The notes under the pieces were generated by a model that saw only the letters and a program-made list of their open reading frames with translations, made no database searches and was not told the DNA's origin. From NCBI GenBank assembly GCA_017501465.1, contig JAFVWY010000015.1, forward strand, positions 107,422-171,421: a stretch of 64,000 bases of DNA, read 5' to 3'. The translations under genes were made by a program, and so were the position numbers. Origin of the DNA: Bacilli bacterium (lineage in GTDB: Bacteria > Bacillota_I > Bacilli_A > ML615J-28 > CAG-313). Below are positions 46,267-56,273 of this stretch, piece after piece. Position 1 is the stretch's first letter, and each line of letters begins with the position of its first letter.

Positions 46267-47784
46267 ATGCGTTTTTTGTTAGAAAAAATTAAAGAAGCTG
46301 CTTTGTCAGTTTTGCCAATTGTATTGATAGTTATACTATTAACAATTACATCTATCGTTAATATTTCAACTAATGAAATTATAACTTTCTTAGTATGTAC
46401 AATATTCTTAATTATAGGTATTGCCCTGTTTACTTTAGGCGCTGATTTAGCGATGGGACCAATGGCAACTGCAGTAGGTAGTGGACTTGCTAAAAAGAAA
46501 AAACTAGGGCTACTTGTATTTATTTCATTTGGCTTAGGGTTTCTAATTACAATTGCTGAACCTGATTTAGGCGTTTTGGCCGATCAAGTAGGAGATGTAG
46601 TAGGAGGAAGCCTAATTTTAAAAATATTTGTTGCTTTAGGCGTTGGTCTATTCTTAGCAATAGGTATTTTGAGAATTGTATTTAAAAAATCACTATCATA
46701 TATTTTAGTATTATTTTATATGTTGGTTTTTTCAGTAGCTTTACTTTGCGTTATAAGAGGAAAAGAAATCTTGCTACCTTTAGGTTTTGACTCAGGAGGA
46801 GTTACAACAGGTCCTATTACAGTACCTTTTTTGATGGCACTATGCGTTGGGATAGCAAATATCTTAAGTGGCAAAAATGCTAACGAAGATAGTTTCGGGA
46901 TTGTAGCATTATGTTCAGTGGGTCCTATTTTAGTAGTTTTATTATTATCGTTATTTTCAAATGGCGATTTAACTTACGTCCCTAAAGAAAGCGATTATCA
47001 AGTTGTAAATATATGGCATGCACTTCTATCACACGGAAAAGAAGTATTAATTTCTCTTGGCTTGATTGTTGCATTCTTCTTGGTGTGCCAAGTTGTTATG
47101 TTAAAACTACCAAAGAATCGTTTAAGCAAAATCTTTATTGGTTTACTATATACATACATTGGCTTAGTTATATTTTTAACAGCTGTTAATGTTGGTTACA
47201 TGCCACTAGGATTTAAAATAGGTAAAGAAATATGTTCATTGAATAAATGGTATTTAGTTCCAATTGGTTTTGTTATTGGAATGCTTGTTGTTTTAGCTGA
47301 ACCGGCTGTTCATGTCTTAAAGAAGCAAGTAGAAGAGATTACCGGTGGTTATATAACTAAAAAATCGATGACTATTGGTTTAAGTATCGGTGTTGGAATT
47401 TCCATTGCTTTATCTATGATTAGAATTTGCATTCCAAGTCTTAATTTAATGTATATCATAATTCCTGGTTATTTTATTTCGTTAGCTTTATCTTTATTTG
47501 TACCTAGAATTTATACAGCTATCGCATTTGACTCTGGGGGTGTAGCATCAGGACCTATGTCATCAACATTTATATTACCTTTCGCGGTTGGTGCATGTTA
47601 TGCGGTAAGTCCAGATTTGGTATTAAGTCATGCTTTTGGTATTGTTGCTTTAATTGCTATGACGCCATTAATTACAATTCAATTATTAGGTTTCAAAGCA
47701 ATTGTTGAAAACAAAGTTAAAGAATCAATTGCGATGAAGAGAATATTAAGTGAAGATGATGAACAAATCATTGACTTTATATAG
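46267..47784 (+). CDS. DUF1538-family polytopic membrane protein (internal duplication)
   Basis: 505 aa. Duplicated motifs GFDSGGVTTGPITVPF and AFDSGGVASGPMSSTFILPF. About 12 TM helices. Confidence 0.65.
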   Translation: MRFLLEKIKEAALSVLPIVLIVILLTITSIVNISTNEIITFLVCTIFLIIGIALFTLGADLAMGPMATAVGSGLAKKKKLGLLVFISFGLGFLITIAEPDLGVLADQVGDVVGGSLILKIFVALGVGLFLAIGILRIVFKKSLSYILVLFYMLVFSVALLCVIRGKEILLPLGFDSGGVTTGPITVPFLMALCVGIANILSGKNANEDSFGIVALCSVGPILVVLLLSLFSNGDLTYVPKESDYQVVNIWHALLSHGKEVLISLGLIVAFFLVCQVVMLKLPKNRLSKIFIGLLYTYIGLVIFLTAVNVGYMPLGFKIGKEICSLNKWYLVPIGFVIGMLVVLAEPAVHVLKKQVEEITGGYITKKSMTIGLSIGVGISIALSMIRICIPSLNLMYIIIPGYFISLALSLFVPRIYTAIAFDSGGVASGPMSSTFILPFAVGACYAVSPDLVLSHAFGIVALIAMTPLITIQLLGFKAIVENKVKESIAMKRILSEDDEQIIDFI

Positions 47785-47792
47785 GTGATGTT

Positions 47793-48167
47793 ATGGCAAC
47801 AAAGAAAAATAATTCAATTAAAAAAGCAAAGTTATTGATTACAATTGTGGATCGTAATAAAACAGAATTTTATACTGATGTAATTTCACAATTTGATGTA
47901 AATCTACAAATGGTATTATATGGAACTGGTACTGCTCCTACTCATATGTTGGAAGTACTAGGGATTAATAATGAAAAAGGCATTATATTTAGCGTAGTTA
48001 GAAATGAACTAGTTCAGGATGTTTTACATACACTAGAAGAAAAGTTTTCTAAAATTAAAAATGGTAAAGGTGTTGCAACGGTAGTGCCGATTTCATCGGT
48101 CATTGGCATTTCCCTTTATCAATTTATGATAAATAACAGATCAAATCGAGGTGAAGATAATGAGTAA
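47793..48167 (+). CDS. PII-like signal-transduction family protein (divergent)
   Basis: 124 aa with a beta-alpha-beta-beta-alpha-beta pattern (KLLITIVDRNKTEFYTDVI...GTGTA...). Immediately downstream of the DUF1538 gene. Confidence 0.55.
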   Translation: MATKKNNSIKKAKLLITIVDRNKTEFYTDVISQFDVNLQMVLYGTGTAPTHMLEVLGINNEKGIIFSVVRNELVQDVLHTLEEKFSKIKNGKGVATVVPISSVIGISLYQFMINNRSNRGEDNE

Positions 48168-48486
48168 AAGTTATGAAATGATTTTTGCTATTGTAAATAC
48201 TGGCTATACAGAAGAAGTAATGGACGCTGTTAAAGCGATTGGTGCAACTGGTGGAACTATCATCAATGCTCGTGGTACTGCAAGTCATGAAGCTGAAAAA
48301 TTCTTTGGCATTTCTATCAGTTCTGAAAAAGAAATTGTTATGATCATTGTTGATAAAGCGATTAAAAATGATGTTTTAAAAGCTATATACGAAAAAGTTG
48401 GTTTATCATCTCCTGGACAAGGTATTGCCTTTAGTGTTCCTGTTGATGATGCTGTTGGCCTTGGTAATCCTAATAATAAAAAATAA
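48160..48486 (+). CDS. PII-like signal-transduction family protein
   Basis: Start at ATG 48160 (GAGGTG RBS). EMIFAIVNTGYTEEVMDAVKAIGATGGTIINARG resembles the PII core. Confidence 0.65.
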   Translation: MSKSYEMIFAIVNTGYTEEVMDAVKAIGATGGTIINARGTASHEAEKFFGISISSEKEIVMIIVDKAIKNDVLKAIYEKVGLSSPGQGIAFSVPVDDAVGLGNPNNKK

Positions 48487-48518
48487 CCGTTTTTAACGGT
48501 TATTTTTCTTTTTTTTAA
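48478..48518. terminator. Bidirectional terminator
   Basis: ataaccgtt / aacggttat 9-bp stem followed by a long T-run. Confidence 0.75.
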
Positions 48519-48532
48519 TAAATATGTTATAA

Positions 48533-48856
48533 TTATTTAGGATATTTAGTATTTCTTAGAGTTTTAGTAATAGAATTTTTAAAAGATTCTACTTGGTGAT
48601 TAATGTTTGATTCAATTTCATCAATGAATTTATAAACTTTATCAGGGTATGGTTTATCTGATATGCCTACTAAATAATCGGATGAGACATTGAAAAAGAT
48701 ACAAAGAGCAACTAGTGAATCCATATCTGGTTGGACTTTACCATTTGCGTATGCGTTAATAGTATAATATTTAATACCAGTTGCTTTTTCAACATCACGA
48801 TATTTTAGTCCTTTTTCATTGATTAAAGATTTTAATCTTTCAGGAAATAGATTCAT
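48533..48856 (-). CDS. XRE-family HTH transcriptional regulator
   Basis: LKSLINEKGLKYRDVEKATGIKYYTINAYANGK HTH_3 motif. 107 aa. Confidence 0.8.
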   Translation of the reverse strand: MNLFPERLKSLINEKGLKYRDVEKATGIKYYTINAYANGKVQPDMDSLVALCIFFNVSSDYLVGISDKPYPDKVYKFIDEIESNINHQVESFKNSITKTLRNTKYPK

Positions 48857-48931
48857 AAAATCACCTCTAAAGTAATTATACTATAAAACGGAAAATATTT
48901 GTAATAATTTGTAAAAAAATAGTGAGGAATT

Positions 48932-49897
48932 ATGAAATATATTGTAACAGGTGCAACAGGACATATAGGAAATAACTTAGTAAGATATTTATTAAATAAA
49001 AATCAATTAGTCAAAGTATTAGTTAGAAGAGAAAATGATATATCACTAGCCGGTTTAGCTTGTGAAGTTGTTGTTGGAGATTTATCTGATAGAGAATTTT
49101 TAGAAAATGCTATTGAGGAAGATAGCATTGTTGTTCATTCTTTAGGGATGATTGATATAACTAATAAATATGTTGATGAATTAATGAAGGTTAATTTTGA
49201 AATGACTATTAGTATTGTTCAGGCATGTATAAAAAAGAAGGTAAGAAAATTTATCTATATTAGTAGTACCGATGCCATTAATAAAGATCAAGGTTTAATA
49301 AAAGATCCAACGAGTTTTGATTTAGAAGGTTTAAATAATTATTATGCTATTAGTAAAGCAATGGGTAGTGATTATGTATTAAAAACACTTAGACAAGGGT
49401 TATTAAAAGGCTGTATTGTATGTCCATCATGTGTTTTAGGAATCAATGATTTTAAAGTTTCTTCTCAAGGAAGTGTTATTAAAAAACAATTAAATAGAAA
49501 AATTGCTATGTCTACTAAAGGACATTATAATTTTGTTGATGTAGATAACATTGCTGATGCTATTTATAAAATATCTATTAATGAAGTTGACGAGGTCTAC
49601 TTATTAACTGGTATTGATGTAGATGTTAATACTCTTTTTAAAACTATTTTTAAATGTTTAAATAGAAAAGCAAGAATTATTTATTTTCCTTTATGGATTG
49701 TGAAAATTGGCTTATTGTTTATGCCAATATATTATAAAGTAACCAAACAAAAACCAATTTTTACTAAAATGACGATAGATACTATCAATAAAGATATTAC
49801 ATTTGATTGTAGTAAAGCTATTCATGATTTTGATTATGTTGAGACGAATTTTGAAGAGTTAATCAAAAAAACAATTGAATGGTTTTCGAATAATTAA
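48932..49897 (+). CDS. NAD-dependent epimerase/dehydratase family (extended SDR)
   Basis: TGATGHIGNNL Rossmann motif and a YAISK catalytic motif. 321 aa. Confidence 0.85.
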   Translation: MKYIVTGATGHIGNNLVRYLLNKNQLVKVLVRRENDISLAGLACEVVVGDLSDREFLENAIEEDSIVVHSLGMIDITNKYVDELMKVNFEMTISIVQACIKKKVRKFIYISSTDAINKDQGLIKDPTSFDLEGLNNYYAISKAMGSDYVLKTLRQGLLKGCIVCPSCVLGINDFKVSSQGSVIKKQLNRKIAMSTKGHYNFVDVDNIADAIYKISINEVDEVYLLTGIDVDVNTLFKTIFKCLNRKARIIYFPLWIVKIGLLFMPIYYKVTKQKPIFTKMTIDTINKDITFDCSKAIHDFDYVETNFEELIKKTIEWFSNN

Positions 49898-49976
49898 GAA
49901 ATCAAGTGTTTAATTTGCATTTATTACTAAAATAAGGTATAATATTAAAGATAAAAATTAAGAGGAGATTATATTA

Positions 49977-51287
49977 ATGAGTAAATTAGAACAATTATCA
50001 AACATTCAAGTAAAATTAACTATTGAAGTAACTCAAGAACAATTTGCTAAAGCTATCGAAGCTGCTTATCCTGAAGTTGCGAAAAATGTTAAAGTAGATG
50101 GATTCCGTCCAGGAAAGATCCCATTTAAAGTATTTATTTCTCGTTTTGGTTATGAACCAATTTATGAAGAAGCTGTTAATCATGCAATTAATGAAACTTA
50201 TCGTGAAGCTGTAGTTGAACACAATGTAAATGTTGTTGACTATCCAAAAATTGATTTAGATTTTGCAGAAGTTGCTCATGATAAAGGTTTCACTTATACT
50301 GCAACTGTTGAAGTAGTTCCAACTGTTGAACTTAAGAAATATACTGGTTTAACTTTTACTGCTTTATCTAAACGCGTTACTAAGAAAGAAGTTGAAGAAG
50401 CTATTAAAAATACTTTAAAAACTAAAGCTGAAAATGAATTAAAAGAAGGTGCTGCTGAACTTGGCGACACTGTAGTTATTGATTTTGAAGGCTTTGTTGA
50501 TGGTGTAGCTTTCGAAGGTGGTAAAGGTGAAAATTATGATTTAGAATTAGGAAGCCATTCTTTCATTCCTGGTTTTGAAGATCAATTAGTTGGTTGTGTT
50601 GCTGAACAAGAAACAGAAGTTCATGTAACATTCCCTGAAAATTATACTCCAGAACTTGCTGGTAAAGCAGCTACTTTCAAAGTTACTGTTCATGAAGTAA
50701 AAACTAAAGTATATCCTGAATTAAATGATGAGTTTGTTAAAGAATTAGAAGTTGTAGGTGTTTCAACTGTAGAAGAATATCGTGCTCATACTGAAAAAGG
50801 ATTAAAAGATTCTAAAGCTAGAGCTTATGAAGAAGATTATTTAAATAAATTATTCACTCAATTAATTAAAGCGAATGATGTTGAATTACCAAAAGTAATG
50901 GTTGAAAATTATGCTAAAGAATTAGAAGAAAAATATCAAAACCAAGCTAAACAATATAATATTCCATTTGAAATGTTCTTACAATTCCAAGGCTTAGATG
51001 AAAAGTCATTCAAAGAAAGAATTCATACACAAGCAGAAAATCAAATTAAACTTGATTTAATTATTGAAGCTGTTATTAAAGCTGAAAAATTTGAAGCTAG
51101 TGAAAAAGCTATTGAAAAAGAATATGAAGAAATTGCTAACGCTAATAAAGTAAGTGTTGAACAAGCTAAGAAAGTAGTTCCTACTGATACAATTGCTTAC
51201 CAAATTCAAAAAGATGCAGCTATTGAATTCTTAAAGAAGAATAATGGTCCTAAACCAAAAACTACAAAAACAGCTGAAAAAGAATAA
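49977..51287 (+). CDS. tig: Trigger factor
   Basis: GFRPGKIP ribosome-binding motif and an FKBP-type PPIase core. 436 aa. tig-clpX-lon synteny. Confidence 0.95.
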   Translation: MSKLEQLSNIQVKLTIEVTQEQFAKAIEAAYPEVAKNVKVDGFRPGKIPFKVFISRFGYEPIYEEAVNHAINETYREAVVEHNVNVVDYPKIDLDFAEVAHDKGFTYTATVEVVPTVELKKYTGLTFTALSKRVTKKEVEEAIKNTLKTKAENELKEGAAELGDTVVIDFEGFVDGVAFEGGKGENYDLELGSHSFIPGFEDQLVGCVAEQETEVHVTFPENYTPELAGKAATFKVTVHEVKTKVYPELNDEFVKELEVVGVSTVEEYRAHTEKGLKDSKARAYEEDYLNKLFTQLIKANDVELPKVMVENYAKELEEKYQNQAKQYNIPFEMFLQFQGLDEKSFKERIHTQAENQIKLDLIIEAVIKAEKFEASEKAIEKEYEEIANANKVSVEQAKKVVPTDTIAYQIQKDAAIEFLKKNNGPKPKTTKTAEKE

Positions 51288-51338
51288 GAATTGAATAAAA
51301 ATGCATATTTTTACCATAATAATTATGGTGGTGAAAAT

Positions 51339-52496
51339 ATGGAAAATAATACTAACAAATTAATATGTTCCTTTTGTGGAAGTGATTACCCAAGACCTAA
51401 TGTTTTATTAGGTCTTGATGACTCTATAATATGTGAAAATTGTATCGAATTATATCATGATATTATAAACTTTGGGAATGATGAAGAATATGAAAGTTTT
51501 GATATTAACCCTAAGTTTATTTTTGATGAACTTAACAAATATGTTGTGGGACAAACGAAAGCAAAAAAAATGTTATCGGTAGCTGTTAGCAACCACTATA
51601 AGAGAATAAAATACAATCTTGATGTAGAAAAGGCTAATGTTTTATTAATTGGTCCTACTGGTTGTGGTAAAACTTTACTTGCAAAAAGTTTGGCTAAAAT
51701 ATTAGATGTTCCATTTGCGATATGTGATGCAACTGTATATACAGAAGCGGGTTATGTTGGTGAAGATGTTGAAAACATTCTTTTAAGACTTTTACAAAAT
51801 GCTAATTTTGAAATTAATAAAGCTCAAAAGGGTATTGTATTTATTGATGAAATAGATAAATTAGCAAGAAAAGGTGAAAATGTTTCTATAACTAAAGACG
51901 TCTCTGGTGAGGGTGTCCAAAATTCATTATTAAAGATAATAGAAGGCAATATCATTAATATTCCCCCTCATGGAGGAAGAAAACATCCCTATCAAGAGTA
52001 TATTAAGTTTGACACATCTAATGTTTTATTTATCTTAGCAGGTGCGTTTGATGGTTTATCTTCATGTGATAAAACTGATAATATCGGATTATTAAAAACA
52101 TCCCCCAATAAAAAGAATAATCTATATGATGCGGTTATTAAATATGGCATTATTCCAGAATTGCTGGGTAGATTACCAATTGTCGTTAAAATGGATAGCT
52201 TAACTATTGATGAGTTAATTAGAATATTGACTTCTCCTTATAATGGCTTGATAGAACAATATAAAAGCTTACTACAAGTTGATAACGTAACTTTAAGAAT
52301 TGAAGATTCTGTTATTAAGAGTATTGCGGATATGGCATACACTACACAAGGTGGTGCCAGAAGTTTAAAAAGAATCTTAGAAGATATTATGATGGACATT
52401 ATGTTTGAATCTGTTAAAGAAGAACAAGCATATGAATATATAATAACGAACGATACAATAAAGGATCATAAAAAATATCAAAAAATACAAGTATAG
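51339..52496 (+). CDS. clpX: ATP-dependent Clp protease ATP-binding subunit ClpX
   Basis: Start moved to ATG 51339 (GGTGGTGA RBS). Zinc finger CSFCG...CENC, Walker A GPTGCGKT, Walker B IVFIDEIDK. Confidence 0.95.
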   Translation: MENNTNKLICSFCGSDYPRPNVLLGLDDSIICENCIELYHDIINFGNDEEYESFDINPKFIFDELNKYVVGQTKAKKMLSVAVSNHYKRIKYNLDVEKANVLLIGPTGCGKTLLAKSLAKILDVPFAICDATVYTEAGYVGEDVENILLRLLQNANFEINKAQKGIVFIDEIDKLARKGENVSITKDVSGEGVQNSLLKIIEGNIINIPPHGGRKHPYQEYIKFDTSNVLFILAGAFDGLSSCDKTDNIGLLKTSPNKKNNLYDAVIKYGIIPELLGRLPIVVKMDSLTIDELIRILTSPYNGLIEQYKSLLQVDNVTLRIEDSVIKSIADMAYTTQGGARSLKRILEDIMMDIMFESVKEEQAYEYIITNDTIKDHKKYQKIQV

Positions 52497-52508
52497 GAGG
52501 GAAAAATA

Positions 52509-54830
52509 ATGGAAAATACTAATTTAAATATTATGAGATTGCCTGCTATTGCAATCGAAGAATTTGTTCCATTTCCTAATTCTGAAACACGTATGGATTT
52601 AGTATCTAATGATGCTATAGAGGGTTTAAAACTAGCAGAACAATATCAAAATACTATTGTTGTTTTAGTAGCAAATAAAGAAGCTAAAACACAAGATGTA
52701 TTAGAAAATTATCACCCTGTAGGTGTTATGGCTAAAGTTCTACTAAATATGTCGATGCCAGGTAATACTAGAAGAATCAAAATTCGTTTTGATGAACGTG
52801 TGCTAGTTAAAGAAGTTATTGCAGAAAAGCCTGGACTTTTAATAGAAGTTGAAACTAATGTATCTTCAAAAGGGGAAGAAGAATTAATTGAACCTACTTT
52901 CAATTTAATAAAAAAAGAATTGACACTTGATGTTAATCGAATTCCTGTTGATAATAAAGAATTAATTAATAGAGTTACACAAGAGACTGACCCCGAAAGA
53001 TTATGTGATTTACTATCTAGTATTTTGAAAATACCTTATGTTAAAAAAGTCAAATGTTTAAATGAATTAACACTTAGTGGAAGACTTAAATTAATTTTAG
53101 AAGAACTTAACTTACAAAAGTTTTATAATGAAATTGAAGCAAAAATTGATAATGATGTTAAACAAAGTATCAATGAAAGCCAAAAAGAATATTATTTAAG
53201 AGAAAAAATAAAGGCCATTCAAGCAGAACTTGGCGAATCTGCCAAAAAGGAAGAAGACATTGAAAACTTAAGAAAAAAGATTCTTGAATCTGGTATGCCA
53301 AAAGAAGTTGAAGAAGTTGCTATGAAGGAATTAAATCGTTATCGTAGTAGTAGCTTTAATTCCGCTGAATCTGGTATTATTAGAACTTATTTAGATTTTA
53401 TTGTTAGTTTACCTTGGAATCAAGAAACACAAGATACTGATGACATTATTAATGCAAAAAATGAATTAGATAAAGATCATTATGGACTTGATAAAGTAAA
53501 AGAACGTATTTTAGAATACTTGGCAGTTAAAATTTTAAATAAAAAGAATCCACAATCTATCTTATGTTTAGTTGGTCCGCCAGGCGTTGGTAAAACTTCT
53601 CTTGCACGTTCTATTGCAAAAGCTCTTAATAAATCTTTTGTGAAAGAATCACTTGGTGGTGTTAGAGATGAAGCAGAAATTCGTGGTCATAGAAGAACTT
53701 ATATTGGCGCACTTCCAGGAAGAATTTTACAAAGTTTACAAAAAGCCAAAAGTAAGAATCCTGTTTTCTTATTAGATGAAATTGATAAAATGAGTAGTGA
53801 TTATAAAGGAGATCCTACAAGTGCTTTATTAGAAGTATTGGATCCTGAACAAAATCGCTATTTTAGTGATCACTATTTAGAAGTACCTTTTGATTTATCA
53901 AAAGTAATGTTTATTTGTACTGCAAATTATATTGGATATATTCCTGCTCCTTTAAGAGATCGAATGGAAATAGTAGAAGTTTCTAGCTATACTGAATACG
54001 AAAAATTTGAAATTGCTAAGAGACATTTGATTCCTAAACAATTAAAACTACATGGTATCGATAATGACAGATTACAAATAAGTGATCAAGCAATTTATAC
54101 TATTATTCAAAATTATACAAGAGAAACTGGTGTAAGAGAGCTTGAAAGATTAATTGGTTCAATAACTAGAAAAGTAATTAAAAAGATTTTGATGGAAAAA
54201 ATTGATAAAATCACAGTGGATACTGATACAGTTAATGAATTACTTGGTAAAGTAAAATATGTTAATAATAAAATTGATGATGAAGACAAAATTGGTGTTG
54301 TAACTGGTCTTGCATATACAGAATATGGTGGCGATACTTTAGATGTTGAAGTTACATACTATAAAGGTGGTGGACACTTAGTATTAACTGGCAAACTTGG
54401 CGAAGTTATGAAAGAATCAGCTCAAGCCGCCTTAAGTTATGTTAAGAGTAATGCAATAAAATTTGATATCGATCCTGAAATTTTTAACGGTAATGATATT
54501 CATATCCATGTTCCTGAAGGTGCTATTCCAAAAGATGGCCCATCAGCTGGTGTAACAATTACTACAGCAATTGTCTCTGCATTAAGTAACCATAAAGTTC
54601 ATCATGATTTAGGTATGACTGGTGAAATAACTTTAAGAGGAAGAGTATTACCAATTGGTGGTTTAAAGGAAAAATCTATTGCTGCTCATCGAAGTGGTTT
54701 AAATACAATATTAATTCCTTTTGAAAATACTAAAGATATTGATGATATTCCTGATTCTGTTAAGTCAGCTTTAAAGATAATTCCAGTTAAAACAATTGAG
54801 GAAGTAATTGAACATGCAATAATAAAATAA
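52509..54830 (+). CDS. lon: Lon protease (LonA)
   Basis: GPPGVGKTS, LLDEIDK, and the catalytic Ser in PKDGPSAGV. 773 aa. Confidence 0.95.
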   Translation: MENTNLNIMRLPAIAIEEFVPFPNSETRMDLVSNDAIEGLKLAEQYQNTIVVLVANKEAKTQDVLENYHPVGVMAKVLLNMSMPGNTRRIKIRFDERVLVKEVIAEKPGLLIEVETNVSSKGEEELIEPTFNLIKKELTLDVNRIPVDNKELINRVTQETDPERLCDLLSSILKIPYVKKVKCLNELTLSGRLKLILEELNLQKFYNEIEAKIDNDVKQSINESQKEYYLREKIKAIQAELGESAKKEEDIENLRKKILESGMPKEVEEVAMKELNRYRSSSFNSAESGIIRTYLDFIVSLPWNQETQDTDDIINAKNELDKDHYGLDKVKERILEYLAVKILNKKNPQSILCLVGPPGVGKTSLARSIAKALNKSFVKESLGGVRDEAEIRGHRRTYIGALPGRILQSLQKAKSKNPVFLLDEIDKMSSDYKGDPTSALLEVLDPEQNRYFSDHYLEVPFDLSKVMFICTANYIGYIPAPLRDRMEIVEVSSYTEYEKFEIAKRHLIPKQLKLHGIDNDRLQISDQAIYTIIQNYTRETGVRELERLIGSITRKVIKKILMEKIDKITVDTDTVNELLGKVKYVNNKIDDEDKIGVVTGLAYTEYGGDTLDVEVTYYKGGGHLVLTGKLGEVMKESAQAALSYVKSNAIKFDIDPEIFNGNDIHIHVPEGAIPKDGPSAGVTITTAIVSALSNHKVHHDLGMTGEITLRGRVLPIGGLKEKSIAAHRSGLNTILIPFENTKDIDDIPDSVKSALKIIPVKTIEEVIEHAIIK

Positions 54831-54831
54831 G

Positions 54832-54862
54832 ACCTTAATAGCTTTGGCTATTAAGGTTTTTA
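54832..54862 (+). terminator. Rho-independent terminator
   Basis: accttaatagc / gctattaaggt perfect 11-bp stem with a 4-nt loop, followed by a T-run. Confidence 0.8.
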
Positions 54863-54926
54863 TTAATTAAAATACAACACACAAAAAAATAATGTGTTAT
54901 AATATAACAAGAAAGCTGGTGATAAC

Positions 54927-55457
54927 GTGCTGGTATTAGTAGGGCCTAGTGCTTCTGGTAAAACTGAAGTAGTAAAAGTATTGATTCAAGATTACAAAAT
55001 GAAAAAACTTGTTACCTATACTACTAGAAGTATGAGAGTTAATGAAGTGAATGGTAAAGACTACCATTTTATTTCTAAGGATGAATTTATTAAAAAAATT
55101 AAAGAAAACTTCTTTTTAGAATATGTGGAATATAATGATAACTATTATGGGACTTCATATGAGGATTTAGCAAATGATAAGGTTGTAATTCTAGAACCTA
55201 ATGGTGTTAAAACTTATTTAGAAAAAGTTCCTGATAAAATTAAAATTTGTTATCTTAGAACACCAATAGAATATCGAATGAAAAGAATGATTGAAAGAAA
55301 AGACTCATTAGAATCAATTAATAAAAGAATTCATTCTGATGACGAAATTTTTAATAGCGATTTAGAAGCTATTGTAGATTGGGTAATTGATAGTACTGAT
55401 ATTACTATTCAAGATATGACTAAATTAATATATGAAAAGTATGAGCCATATCTATGA
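54927..55457 (+). CDS. Guanylate-kinase-family protein (short paralogue)
   Basis: GTG start. GPSASGKT P-loop, TYTTR and GKDYHFIS motifs. 176 aa, and not in the usual gmk-rpoZ context. Confidence 0.7.
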   Translation: MLVLVGPSASGKTEVVKVLIQDYKMKKLVTYTTRSMRVNEVNGKDYHFISKDEFIKKIKENFFLEYVEYNDNYYGTSYEDLANDKVVILEPNGVKTYLEKVPDKIKICYLRTPIEYRMKRMIERKDSLESINKRIHSDDEIFNSDLEAIVDWVIDSTDITIQDMTKLIYEKYEPYL

Positions 55458-56149
55458 AGATAAATGTACTGGATTTGAGGGGAATTCCGTATAAAATTAG
55501 GAGAATACAGACAAAACGAATTGCTGTAGTTGTAAAAAGTGATGCTGTTGTTTATATTAGATGTTATAAATATGCAACAGTTGAAAGTGTAGTAAAATTT
55601 GTAGAAGAACATATTAAATGGATTGAAGAACAATACTTAAAATATTATAAACCACAAAGAGATTATAAGAATAACGAACGATATTTATTTTTAGGTAAAG
55701 AATATATCATGCATGTGGTTGAAATGAAAAAAGATCAAGTGATGATTGAAGGCAATTATTTGGTTGTTTATACGAAAAATAATACTTATGCCCATAATAA
55801 AAAAATTGTTGAAAAATTCATAAAAGACCAAAGAGAAGAAATTTTTAATATGCTTTTAAATAAATGTTTTGAACAAATGAAACACTTGCTTAAACATTTT
55901 CCAAAATTAGAATTTAAAAAGTATAAATCTAGATGGGGATGTTGTTACGTTAGAGATAATTTAATTATTTTGAATAAATCGTTAATTCATTTACCAATTA
56001 ATTTGATAGAATTAGTTATTTTTCATGAATTGACACATTTTATTCATCCTAACCACAATAAACAATTTTATAGTACTTTAGGCATGTTTGTTAAGGATCC
56101 TAAGAAAGTTCAAAAGGAATTAAAGAAATATTCTACCATTTATGAATAA
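55454..56149 (+). CDS. YgjP-like (DUF45) M48-family metallopeptidase
   Basis: WGCC...HELTHFIHPNH zinc motif. ATGA overlap with the upstream gene. Confidence 0.8.
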   Translation: MKINVLDLRGIPYKIRRIQTKRIAVVVKSDAVVYIRCYKYATVESVVKFVEEHIKWIEEQYLKYYKPQRDYKNNERYLFLGKEYIMHVVEMKKDQVMIEGNYLVVYTKNNTYAHNKKIVEKFIKDQREEIFNMLLNKCFEQMKHLLKHFPKLEFKKYKSRWGCCYVRDNLIILNKSLIHLPINLIELVIFHELTHFIHPNHNKQFYSTLGMFVKDPKKVQKELKKYSTIYE

Positions 56150-56156
56150 ATTTTCG

Positions 56157-56196
56157 AAAAAACCCCACTATTATAAGAAAGAATAGTGGGTTTTTT
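56157..56196 (+). terminator. Rho-independent terminator
   Basis: cccactatt / aatagtggg 9-bp stem with a 9-nt loop, followed by a T5 run. Confidence 0.8.
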
Positions 56197-56273
56197 ATAT
56201 TTTCTTTAGTTTTTTTCGAACTTTACTTTCAAACTAATATATGATAAAATTTAATAGTAGGGGAAATTAGAGT

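Noticed and set aside
13774-55633. Sixteen extra ORFs in the six-frame track, either antisense to or out of frame within larger genes: 13774-13962+, 19354-19716-, 23569-23763-, 25381-25620-, 26115-26366+, 26996-27325-, 29214-29621-, 34100-34333-, 38466-38669-, 40066-40248-, 40864-41046+, 41113-41346-, 45668-45886-, 50016-50222-, 52712-52903-, 55409-55633-.
   Set aside because: Each lies wholly or almost wholly inside a longer ORF with clear family motifs. Their products are low-complexity I/L/F/N/K/S-rich strings, typical of shadow frames in AT-rich DNA. None has a convincing RBS.
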